Source: an uncultured Alphaproteobacteria bacterium (GTDB taxonomy: Bacteria; Pseudomonadota; Alphaproteobacteria; Rhodobacterales; Rhodobacteraceae). Taken from it: 64,000 nt of DNA. Numbering within the stretch: position 1 is the stretch's first letter; every line of letters begins with the position of its first letter. Below, piece after piece: positions 15,902-24,441 of this stretch. The translations under genes and the position numbers were made by a program. The stretch covers positions 27,147 to 91,146 of the forward strand of contig CACIAQ010000002.1 in NCBI GenBank assembly GCA_902584635.1. Direction: 5' to 3'. Below the pieces are notes generated by a model, which was not told where the DNA came from, searched no databases, and was given only the letters and a program-made list of their open reading frames with translations.

Positions 15902-17415
15902 TTTTCAAGACCTAATTTTTTAGCAAGACCAATTCTTTGAATCTTTCCTGTATTACCTTTTGGGATTTCATTGAGAGTTAAGATCTGTCTCGGTATTTTA
16001 AATGTTGCTAGAGATTTGGAAAGGTGTGTCTTCAATTCTTTCTCATCGACGGTTGAGCCTTCCTTTAATACTACAGCAGACGCGATATCTTCTCCCAATT
16101 TTTTATGTTTTACTGAAAAACATACAGCTTGAAAGACCGCATCATGCTTCATAAGAGCCTCGTCAACTTCTTGAGGCGATATTTTTTCTCCTCCTTTATT
16201 TATAATTTCTTTAATTCTACCGGAAATAAATAAAAACCCATCTTCATCGAACCTTCCTAGGTCTCCAGTTTTAAACCATCCATTAAAGAAATTTTCTTTA
16301 TTTGCCTTTTCATTGTTTTTATATCCTTTTGTTACGTTAGTGCCTTTAATAACTATTTCACCAATCGTATTCGCCAAAGTTGTCATCTTATTATCTTTAA
16401 AAATTGCGATTTCTGGGCCAGCAGATTTACCAACAGACCCAGCTTTTCTAATACTATCCAAAAAATTTGAAGCCATCTGATGTGATGCCTCTGTCATTCC
16501 GTAAGCCTCAATAACCGGACATTGAAAAGTATTTTCTAACGCCTCAATTGTTGCCACTGGCATCGCAGCCGAAGATGATCTAAGAAACCTTAAATCAGCA
16601 TCTTCGATTATCTCTTTATTTCTAAAAGCTCGTGACAAGATAGCTTGATACATTGTGGGTACAGCTGTTATCCATGTAGGCTTAAATTTTTTAATATTTC
16701 CATAAAAAGTAAGAGCATTAAATCCGTTAGTGCATACTAGGCTCGCACCTGTAATAATTGATGACAATAAGGAAGCTATCAACCCATGTATGTGAAATAG
16801 TGGCATTATATTTAACCCTTTGTCAGTTTGCTCTAATTGAAGTACTGTAGAGATATTAAATGCAGACGAGATGATGTTTGTACAAGAGAGCTGCACCTGT
16901 TTAGGTTTAGAAGTCGTTCCTGACGTATGTAAAATTAAACAGAAATCATTAGCTTTATTTTCATCAAGAGAATATGAAGAAGAAAGAGGAAGCGATTTAA
17001 TTGAAAGATCATTTTTTGGTGTAATATTATCTATGCGAAAAAGATTTATTTCTAGTTGTTTTGCAGCTTCTATAAGAGCTTTTGAGGCGTTATTGTCAGT
17101 AATTATAAACTCACAATCCAGATCTTCTAAGAAGAATAAGAACTCATCCGTAGTATAATTGGGGTTAAGTGGTGAGACTGTTACATAATTAGCTAAAGCT
17201 AAAAAACTAATGGCCATATCAATACCATTAGGGAGTACTAGCGCACAAATCTCGTTATTTTTCATATCTATTGATGAGATTTGTCTGCCAATACGTTCGA
17301 TAGTTTTTACCAAATCTTGATATTCTAATCCAAATCCATCTTCATTAAAAAGACATGGGCCTGTATGAGACCTTACAATTTCAATGATTGAATCATTACT
17401 TAAATCTTTCTCCAA
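15898..17415 (-). CDS. AMP-dependent ligase of the AAE3/Pcs60 (oxalate--CoA ligase) type
   Basis: 505 aa. LHTSGTTSKPK, MPLFHIHGL, IEAYGMTEASHQM, GEIVIKGTNVTKGYKNNEKANKENFFNGWFKTGDLG and GRIKEIINKGGEKISPQEVD closely follow the plant AAE3 sequence as I remember it. Confidence 0.8.
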   Translation of the reverse strand: MEKDLSNDSIIEIVRSHTGPCLFNEDGFGLEYQDLVKTIERIGRQISSIDMKNNEICALVLPNGIDMAISFLALANYVTVSPLNPNYTTDEFLFFLEDLDCEFIITDNNASKALIEAAKQLEINLFRIDNITPKNDLSIKSLPLSSSYSLDENKANDFCLILHTSGTTSKPKQVQLSCTNIISSAFNISTVLQLEQTDKGLNIMPLFHIHGLIASLLSSIITGASLVCTNGFNALTFYGNIKKFKPTWITAVPTMYQAILSRAFRNKEIIEDADLRFLRSSSAAMPVATIEALENTFQCPVIEAYGMTEASHQMASNFLDSIRKAGSVGKSAGPEIAIFKDNKMTTLANTIGEIVIKGTNVTKGYKNNEKANKENFFNGWFKTGDLGRFDEDGFLFISGRIKEIINKGGEKISPQEVDEALMKHDAVFQAVCFSVKHKKLGEDIASAVVLKEGSTVDEKELKTHLSKSLATFKIPRQILTLNEIPKGNTGKIQRIGLAKKLGLEK

Positions 17416-17519
17416 AGTACCACTCCAGAATTATAAGTATGCGTTATATCAGACCTATATTATTATTAGATTATTTGCTAGTAATTATTATGTAAAAGAA
17501 TTAAAACTATGTCAGATCC

Positions 17520-17876
17520 ATGACTTCAAAAAGAATAACCAAACTAGTTCTGTTAACCACTTTAATTTTATGGCCTGTAGGTGCAAATTCAGCAGATTTT
17601 GTCTTTTATTGTGCGCCTTGGAAGGAGATAGACAATAAAAAACAACTACAGAATAATTTTACTATAAAAATTAATAATTCCTCCTTAGCTATTTTGGGAG
17701 GAGATTTGGATTCAAAATTTTTTGAATTGATTTATTCTCATCCTTCGTTTTATTTGTTTTCGTCTCCGTCAGGGGTTTTGTTGAATATAAGTAGAGGTTC
17801 TGACCAAAGAAATGTAACACTTTGGCAGAATATTGGAAAAGAGCAGTTGTTTTATAGTTCAACGTGTAATACATAA
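17520..17876 (+). CDS. Hypothetical secreted protein
   Basis: 118 aa with a signal-peptide-like N-terminus (ITKLVLLTTLILWPVGANSA). Confidence 0.45.
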   Translation: MTSKRITKLVLLTTLILWPVGANSADFVFYCAPWKEIDNKKQLQNNFTIKINNSSLAILGGDLDSKFFELIYSHPSFYLFSSPSGVLLNISRGSDQRNVTLWQNIGKEQLFYSSTCNT

Positions 17877-17881
17877 TATCG

Positions 17882-18130
17882 ATGTTAAGGCTCACCTATT
17901 TAATTTTTACGATCGTTTTTTTTGCATGCTCGGCCTTGGCGAATGAGCAGATGTACAATGGTCTAGTAAAAAGAGAAATTAAAGAAAAAATGATTAGAGC
18001 TAACGAGGTGATGAAAAAGAAAAAGCTTGATAGATATCGAACATTTTCAATAAAAGTGGATAATCAACTTGTTTATTGTCACTATCAACGGCGACAGGAA
18101 AACAGTTTGCCATTGATTATTTGTTATTAA
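17882..18130 (+). CDS. Hypothetical secreted protein
   Basis: 82 aa with a signal-peptide-like N-terminus (LIFTIVFFACSALA). Confidence 0.4.
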   Translation: MLRLTYLIFTIVFFACSALANEQMYNGLVKREIKEKMIRANEVMKKKKLDRYRTFSIKVDNQLVYCHYQRRQENSLPLIICY

Positions 18131-18164
18131 CCTATAAAAAAGTTGAAAGACTAGGAGAGAAATT

Positions 18165-18446
18165 ATGAACGGATTAGAAAGTTTTATTCCTATAATACTA
18201 ATATTTGTAATCATGTACTTTTTGCTGATTAGGCCCCAACAGAAAAAAATAAAAGAGCATAAAAATATGGTCGATAATCTTAGAAGAGGGGATCAAGTTT
18301 TAACACAGGGCGGTATTATTGGTAAGATAACAAAGGTTAAAGAAGGTGAAGAGATCGAGGTGGAGTTAGCGAAGGACGTTAAAGTATCCGTCATAAGATC
18401 TACTATTGTAAACGTATTGAGCAAAACTGAGCCGTCAAAAAAATAA
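18165..18446 (+). CDS. yajC: Preprotein translocase subunit YajC
   Basis: 93 aa. RPQQKKIKEHKNM...L..GD.V.T.GGIIGKI pattern, directly upstream of secD. Confidence 0.85.
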   Translation: MNGLESFIPIILIFVIMYFLLIRPQQKKIKEHKNMVDNLRRGDQVLTQGGIIGKITKVKEGEEIEVELAKDVKVSVIRSTIVNVLSKTEPSKK

Positions 18447-20084
18447 ATGCCAAAACTTAGTTTTTTTAGGATAGTATTAATTGCGCTTATTTGCCTGTCT
18501 GCAATTTTGTTTGCATTACCAAACTTCTTTTATAGTGCGGTTGATAAAAAATCAAATAATCCTGATCAGTCATCTTCATGGCCTAACTTCATGCCTTCCA
18601 CTCTAATAAAGTTGGGTTTAGATCTAAGGGGTGGTGTATACATGCTACTGGAGGTGGAGACAAACGACGTAATACGAGAAAAGTTTGACTTCCTTTGGGC
18701 TGATATAAGAAGCGCCTTAGTAAAAAAAAGGAAGAAAATTGGTTCAATAAGAAGAATTGACTCCTCTGGAGATCAACTAAAAGTTCAAATTGGTAACTCG
18801 GATAATATTGATTTTGCGATAAAGGAAATAGAAAAATTTAACTCTTCAACAGAACTGTTTTCGTCGCGTTGGTCAGGATCTGTTACTAGAGAAATATTAA
18901 AAATTAGTTCATCTGAAAATATTATATCAATCACTTTTTCAGATGAACAGAGAACAGCACTAGAAAAGCAAGTTATCGATCAATCACTAGAGATTATTAG
19001 ACGAAGAGTTGATGAAACCGGAACAAGAGAACCTACAATCCAAAAGCAAGGTAGAAAAAGGGTCTTGGTTCAGGTGCCCGGTTTAGGTTCAAGCGAAGAA
19101 TTAATAGCTCTTCTGGGAAAAACTGCAAAACTTACCTTCAATGAGGTTGTTTCTATGGATACCAGCTCTAACTTTCCTGCAAAGATAGATGAAATAGTAG
19201 TTGGTTCTGAAGAAAATAAAGACCTGTTTTTTCTTCTTAAAAAACGCCCCGTTGTTTCTGGAAAAAATTTGACTAATGCTCAGCCATCTTTTGATGAAAA
19301 TGGTTTGCCGGCGGTATCATTTAACTTCAATCCTTCAGCTGCGCTCAAATTTGGAAACTATACCAGGGACAATATAGGTTCACCATTTGCAATTGTTTTA
19401 GATGGTGTTGTAATTTCGGCACCAACAATTCGAAGTCATATACCTGGAGGCTCGGGTATTATAACAGGAAACTTTTCAGTAGAAGAAAGTAATAGGCTGG
19501 CTATTCTGCTTAGAAGTGGAGCGTTACCAGCAGAAATTGAGGTTTTAGAGTTAAGAACTATTGGTCCAGAGTTGGGACGAGATAGTATTAATGCTGGAAA
19601 ATTTGCAGCAATAGTCGGTGGCATACTTGTTCTTGTTTTTATGTGGTTGAGCTATGGTCTATTTGGAATATTTGCAAATGTTGCACTGATGCTGAATATC
19701 ATATTAGTTATGGCATTGCTCTCAATACTCGGTGCTACCTTGACACTACCTGGCATAGCCGGGATTGTTTTAACAATCGGTATGGCAGTAGACGCAAATG
19801 TGCTTGTTTTCGAACGTATAAAGGAAGAGATTAAAAAGAATAATTCCATTTATAACGCTATAAAAACTGGATATGAAAAAGCATTATCCTCTATTGTCGA
19901 TGCAAATGTAACAACTATGATAGCCGCAATAATTCTCTTTTTCTTTGGTTCTGGGCCTATTAAAGGTTTTTCAGTGACTCTAGGTTTGGGGATAATTACC
20001 TCTGTGTTTACTGCGTTACTAATAACTAGACTTTTTATCGATCTATATATGCTATTTTATAAACCAAAAGTTTTGAGGGTTTAA
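18447..20084 (+). CDS. secD: Protein translocase subunit SecD
   Basis: 545 aa. LGLDLRGG, large periplasmic domain and a C-terminal 6-TM block with GIAGIVLTIGMAVDANVLVFERIKEE. Confidence 0.95.
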   Translation: MPKLSFFRIVLIALICLSAILFALPNFFYSAVDKKSNNPDQSSSWPNFMPSTLIKLGLDLRGGVYMLLEVETNDVIREKFDFLWADIRSALVKKRKKIGSIRRIDSSGDQLKVQIGNSDNIDFAIKEIEKFNSSTELFSSRWSGSVTREILKISSSENIISITFSDEQRTALEKQVIDQSLEIIRRRVDETGTREPTIQKQGRKRVLVQVPGLGSSEELIALLGKTAKLTFNEVVSMDTSSNFPAKIDEIVVGSEENKDLFFLLKKRPVVSGKNLTNAQPSFDENGLPAVSFNFNPSAALKFGNYTRDNIGSPFAIVLDGVVISAPTIRSHIPGGSGIITGNFSVEESNRLAILLRSGALPAEIEVLELRTIGPELGRDSINAGKFAAIVGGILVLVFMWLSYGLFGIFANVALMLNIILVMALLSILGATLTLPGIAGIVLTIGMAVDANVLVFERIKEEIKKNNSIYNAIKTGYEKALSSIVDANVTTMIAAIILFFFGSGPIKGFSVTLGLGIITSVFTALLITRLFIDLYMLFYKPKVLRV

Positions 20085-21046
20085 TGTTATTAAGAGGGCT
20101 ATTTAATCAATCAAATGAAATTGAGTTCTTTAGATTTTCTAACTTATTGTCTTTTGTTTCGGTCGGAGCTATCGCTATGTCTATTATTCTATTTCTCGTT
20201 TTTGGACTTAATTATGGAATAGACTTTCGTGGGGGTACTATGTTTATGGTATCAACCCCCGATAGAATTAAGGTTTCTGACATCAGAAATTCGTTAGGTG
20301 GCTCTAATTTAGGGGATATTTCTATATCCGAGGCAACGGATCCATTAGAGAAATTAAGTGCTGGAACCTTAGCGAATAACAACAGTATTTTTATAATAAA
20401 GGTTGAAAAAACAAAAGGGTTTGATGTCGAAGCCAAGGTTAAGAGCTTGTTACAAGATCGTGTGCCAAATATAAAGTTTTTACAGATTGAATCCGTAGGT
20501 TCGAAGGTTTCATCTGAACTTGTAAGAAATGGTATGCTAGCCGTTTTTTTCGCAGTTATATCTGTTTTAGTATATATTTGGTTGCGCTTTGAGTGGCAAT
20601 TTGCACTTGGAGCGATTGTTGCGCTGATCCATGATGTTATATTGACCATAGGCGTTTTTTCCATACTTAGGTACGAATTTAATCTTTCAATAGTAGCAGC
20701 GCTCCTCACAATCATCGGATACTCACTAAACGATACTGTTGTTGTTTTTGATCGAATAAGAGAAAATCTGAGACACTTTAAATCGATGGCGCTCCTAAAA
20801 GTTTTGAATATGTCTATAAATAATACTTTTAGCAGGACAATTATGACTTCTGTCACAACCTTATTAGCTCTTTTCGCTCTCTATTTCGTTGGAGGAGATG
20901 TCATTAGAGGGTTTACGTTTGCTATGATCTGGGGGGTATTAGTTGGGACTTACTCATCAATTTTTGTGGCCGCTAAGATCCTACTGATACTAGATGTAAA
21001 ACGAAATTGGGAAGAAAAAGACTCAAAAGGAGGTACTCAGTTTTAA
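20084..21046 (+). CDS. secF: Protein translocase subunit SecF
   Basis: 320 aa. GIDFRGGT and IGYSLNDTVVVFDRIREN. Start overlaps the secD stop. Confidence 0.95.
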   Translation: MLLRGLFNQSNEIEFFRFSNLLSFVSVGAIAMSIILFLVFGLNYGIDFRGGTMFMVSTPDRIKVSDIRNSLGGSNLGDISISEATDPLEKLSAGTLANNNSIFIIKVEKTKGFDVEAKVKSLLQDRVPNIKFLQIESVGSKVSSELVRNGMLAVFFAVISVLVYIWLRFEWQFALGAIVALIHDVILTIGVFSILRYEFNLSIVAALLTIIGYSLNDTVVVFDRIRENLRHFKSMALLKVLNMSINNTFSRTIMTSVTTLLALFALYFVGGDVIRGFTFAMIWGVLVGTYSSIFVAAKILLILDVKRNWEEKDSKGGTQF

Positions 21047-21115
21047 TGCAATTGAACTATTGCTAAACAAGCAATTTATGCTAATAAAAAGAATACAATT
21101 TAAAGGAGACCAAAA

Positions 21116-21715
21116 ATGGCATTTGAACTTAATGATTTGCCTTATAGCCATGATGCTCTTGGGGCAGTAGGTATGAGTAAAGAAACTTTGGAATATCATC
21201 ATGATATACATCATAAGGCGTACGTTGATAATGGTAATAAACTTATCGCTGGAACAGAATATGAAAATATGACACTAGAGGAAATCATTGCAAAGTCATA
21301 TAATCCAACTGCAGTTGCTCAGAGCGGTGTCTTCAATAATGCATCTCAGCATTGGAACCACATGCAGTTTTGGGAAATGATGAGTCCAAATTTGACAGGT
21401 TTGCCAAGCGAGCTAGAAGCAGCTATTAATGATAGCTTTGGTTCTTATGATAAGTTTAAGCAAGATTTTTGTGCTTCAGGAGTTGGACAATTTGGATCAG
21501 GCTGGGTTTGGCTTGTGAGATCAAATGATGGTGGTCTTAAAATTTCAAAAACCGAAAATGGTGTTAATCCACTATGCAACAATGAGACAGCCCTTCTAGG
21601 GTGTGATGTCTGGGAACATTCCTATTACATTGATTTCAGAAATAAAAGGCCCGCGTATTTAGAAAACTTCTTAGATAAGTTAGTTAATTGGGAAAATGTA
21701 GCATCAAGAATGTAA
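21116..21715 (+). CDS. sodB: Fe/Mn superoxide dismutase (Fe type likely)
   Basis: 199 aa. LPY..DAL....S.ETLEYHH.KHH, GSGWVWL and DVWEHSYYIDFRNKRP. Confidence 0.95.
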   Translation: MAFELNDLPYSHDALGAVGMSKETLEYHHDIHHKAYVDNGNKLIAGTEYENMTLEEIIAKSYNPTAVAQSGVFNNASQHWNHMQFWEMMSPNLTGLPSELEAAINDSFGSYDKFKQDFCASGVGQFGSGWVWLVRSNDGGLKISKTENGVNPLCNNETALLGCDVWEHSYYIDFRNKRPAYLENFLDKLVNWENVASRM

Positions 21716-21746
21716 TAGCATAAACTGCAAAAGTTGTTGTTGTATA

Positions 21747-22655
21747 TTGCATCTTAGATATCTTTTTTATTTAATCTTAGGGACTGTTATTTGGGGACTG
21801 TCCCCTATTTTTTATTATCTTTTGTCTTCCGTCTCGTCAATCGAGATCGTAGCACATAGATCGTTTTGGTCTGCAGTATTCTTATTTTTTTATCTCTATC
21901 TTTTTTCAGGTATAGGTCACGAATTATTCCGAAAAGGAATGGGAGAAATAGGACTTCTTTTTCTATCTGGGATATTAATTGCAATTAATTGGTATGGATT
22001 TATCTATGCTGTTAACTCAGGAAATGCACTTCAGGCCTCTCTCGGTTATTATATATTTCCTTTGGTTGCTGTATTTCTTGGAATTATTTTTAATAGAGAA
22101 AAATTTACTTTCATACAATTTTTTTCTATTTCATTAGTTGTCATTGCTGTATCTTCATTAGTTTACATGAGTGGAGAATTTCCGGGTCTGGCTTTAATTC
22201 TTGCGTTTAGTTTTGGCTTCTACGGACTTATAAAAAGTAACGTTAAATTGGACCCGATTTCATCCGTCACATACGAGACAGTTTTGATGACTCCTATAGC
22301 TATAATAATAGTTATCTCCCTAACTGAACCAAAACTTCAAAAAGAAGTTTTATTCGCAGATAATACATTGATTTTATTGGTATTCTCTGGGCTTATCACC
22401 GCTGTTCCTCTTGTCTTATTTTCGACAGGGACTAAAGTTTTTTCTTACGCAACAGTGGGTTTAATACAGTACTTAAATCCAACAATACAATTTTTGATAG
22501 CAATCTTTTATTTTAAGGAAGTGTTTGAGTTGGGGCATGCCATAGCATTTATGCTTATTTGGGTTGCATTATTCATTTATTCTTTTGAGTCAATCTCTAA
22601 AGAACTTAATAAAGATGGTACTAACGTCTCGAGGCTTTCAAAAAAGTTGAAGTAA
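21747..22655 (+). CDS. rarD: EamA/RarD-family transporter
   Basis: 302 aa with 10 hydrophobic segments; RarD-like IVAHRSFWS and GLIQYLNPTIQFL motifs. TTG start. Confidence 0.8.
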   Translation: MHLRYLFYLILGTVIWGLSPIFYYLLSSVSSIEIVAHRSFWSAVFLFFYLYLFSGIGHELFRKGMGEIGLLFLSGILIAINWYGFIYAVNSGNALQASLGYYIFPLVAVFLGIIFNREKFTFIQFFSISLVVIAVSSLVYMSGEFPGLALILAFSFGFYGLIKSNVKLDPISSVTYETVLMTPIAIIIVISLTEPKLQKEVLFADNTLILLVFSGLITAVPLVLFSTGTKVFSYATVGLIQYLNPTIQFLIAIFYFKEVFELGHAIAFMLIWVALFIYSFESISKELNKDGTNVSRLSKKLK

Positions 22656-23176
22656 TTCAAAAGATCTTTACTAGCAAATTCTGTCGAGACGATGTGTTCC
22701 AAAAGTATTCTGAAATTATCCCAGTAACCATTAATATTAAGAAAAAAAATTGGTTTTCGGCTAATGTTAAGCTGAAACCAAGTTATTGTTTCTGACACCT
22801 CCTCAACAGTACCAATGCCTCCAGGCAAGCATAAAAAAGCGTCTGAACTATTATACATAGTTTTTTTTCTTGAATGCATGTCATCAGTAATCATTATCTC
22901 TCCGTAGTTTTTGTTTATGCCTTCTATATGTAATAGATGTTTTGGGATTACTCCAAGAACTTCTCCATTATTTCTGTTAACACTATTGGAGAGCTCTCCC
23001 ATAAGACCAAGTGATCCGCCTCCATAAACCAACCTAATTTTATTTTTTGCTAGGTATGCTCCTAATTCCCTTGCGGCTTTTTTATAAATCAAACTATTTC
23101 CATTTTTTGACCCACAAAATACACACAAAGATTTTTTATGCTCCACTTTTTTGATAACTTTAACCAAGCAATACAC
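22577..23176 (-). CDS. LOG-family (TIGR00730) nucleotide phosphoribohydrolase
   Basis: VFCGS, GGGSLGLMG and PGGIGTVEE motifs. The true start is probably an internal GTG near 23146 (VEHKKSLCVFCGS). Confidence 0.85.
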   Translation of the reverse strand: MYCLVKVIKKVEHKKSLCVFCGSKNGNSLIYKKAARELGAYLAKNKIRLVYGGGSLGLMGELSNSVNRNNGEVLGVIPKHLLHIEGINKNYGEIMITDDMHSRKKTMYNSSDAFLCLPGGIGTVEEVSETITWFQLNISRKPIFFLNINGYWDNFRILLEHIVSTEFASKDLLNYFNFFESLETLVPSLLSSLEIDSKE

Positions 23177-23234
23177 CTAATTTTTTTGTGGTTTTTCATG
23201 AAATTCCAGTTTACCTTAATGATAGGGAGATCCA

Positions 23235-24413
23235 ATGATTAATTTTGTATTAAAGTATACTGGTACTTATGGATTGCTTGCTATTTTGGCTGTAGCAATA
23301 ATTACTCCGACTTATCTTTTTTTTGGTTACCAGCGAGAAAAGATTACAGCGCCATCTTCAGAAAAGCAAGTTGTTAATGATGAAGAAGAGATTACAACGC
23401 CATCTTCAGAAAAGCAAGTTGTTACTGAAGAAGAGATTACAGCGCCATCTTCAGAAAAGCAAGTTGTTACTGATGAAGAAAAGGTTTTGGAGAAAACAGT
23501 GCCTAAAAAGACAATAGCAAAAGAAACTATTGAGAACTCAGAAAACAAAGAAGTATCTAAAGAAGCAAAAAAACCAAGGTTTGAAGAGGTTGAAAGCCTT
23601 TCGGTCGATGTCTTTCGTGTAGACGAGTTAGGAAACATAATATCGGCAGGCAAAGTTTCTAAAAAGGCAAAAATCGAAATTTTAGCTGATAATAAAAAAA
23701 TAATTGGAACAGATGAGACAGGACGGGATGGTAGTTTTGTGGTATTTGGAAAAGTTCAAAGTACAGGCTTGGTTCAAACTGTCAAAATTAGAGGATTAAT
23801 CCAAGATGAAGGACAAGAAAAAATAGTTGAGTCAGCTGACTTATATTTTGTGCTGCCTCAAGTTGAAAAGAATAATGAAAAGAAAGATAATAAAATAGAA
23901 AAAAAACCACTTATTGTGAAAGATGACGGTAAAGACCTTAAGGTTCTTGCACCAATTGAGGTAAGCCCGGTAAATGGGATTACTTTGGATACAATTAGTT
24001 ACACAGAGAATTCGAACACTGAGTTGGCGGGCCGAGCACGGCTTTATAACTCAATAAGGGTTTACCTAAATAACAAATTAGAAAGCGAGGTTAAAGTAGA
24101 CGACAGTGGTGCATGGAAAACTTCATTGCCAGATATTGAACCTGGTGTTTACACCTTAAGACTTGACGAAGTAAATGTGAATGGAACTGTGGAAGGTAGG
24201 CTAGAACTCCCTTTCAAGAGAGAAGAGGAAGCGATTATACAAGCTATGGGAGAAGGAAGTATTACTGTGCAACCAGGTAACAGTTTATGGAGGATTGCTA
24301 GAAAATACTATGGAAAGGGGATTCAATATGTCGAAATATTTGAGAGAAATTCCCATCTTATTAAAGACCCTGACTTAATTTATCCGGGCCAAGTTTTCTC
24401 ACTACCAAACTAA
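23235..24413 (+). CDS. LysM-domain protein with N-terminal anchor and internal tandem repeats
   Basis: 392 aa. C-terminal LysM (VQPGNSLWRIARKYYGKGIQYVEIFERNSHLIKDPDLIYPGQVFSLP). N-terminal TM helix. ITAPSSEKQVV repeats. Confidence 0.8.
   Translation: MINFVLKYTGTYGLLAILAVAIITPTYLFFGYQREKITAPSSEKQVVNDEEEITTPSSEKQVVTEEEITAPSSEKQVVTDEEKVLEKTVPKKTIAKETIENSENKEVSKEAKKPRFEEVESLSVDVFRVDELGNIISAGKVSKKAKIEILADNKKIIGTDETGRDGSFVVFGKVQSTGLVQTVKIRGLIQDEGQEKIVESADLYFVLPQVEKNNEKKDNKIEKKPLIVKDDGKDLKVLAPIEVSPVNGITLDTISYTENSNTELAGRARLYNSIRVYLNNKLESEVKVDDSGAWKTSLPDIEPGVYTLRLDEVNVNGTVEGRLELPFKREEEAIIQAMGEGSITVQPGNSLWRIARKYYGKGIQYVEIFERNSHLIKDPDLIYPGQVFSLPN
23343..23483 (+). repeat. Three in-frame tandem repeats (48, 45 and 48 bp) inside the LysM gene
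   Basis: ATTACAGCGCCATCTTCAGAAAAGCAAGTTGTTA... occurs three times head to tail. It encodes ITAPSSEKQVV(N/T)(D)EEE. Confidence 0.9.
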
Positions 24414-24441
24414 CTTCTGAGAAAATAATGCGAAGCAAAAG

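Noticed and set aside
17384-17638. 84-aa + strand ORF spanning the ligase 5' end and the next intergenic region; similar listed ORFs at 63347..63589, 21023..21214 and 35776..35994
   Set aside because: These overlap the starts or ends of well-supported genes or cross promoter regions, use alternative start codons and have implausible composition. They are treated as spurious.
23343-23483. Possible CRISPR-like array from regularly spaced identical segments
   Set aside because: The repeats are contiguous with no spacers, in frame, and lie inside a well-supported LysM gene. This is a coding tandem repeat.
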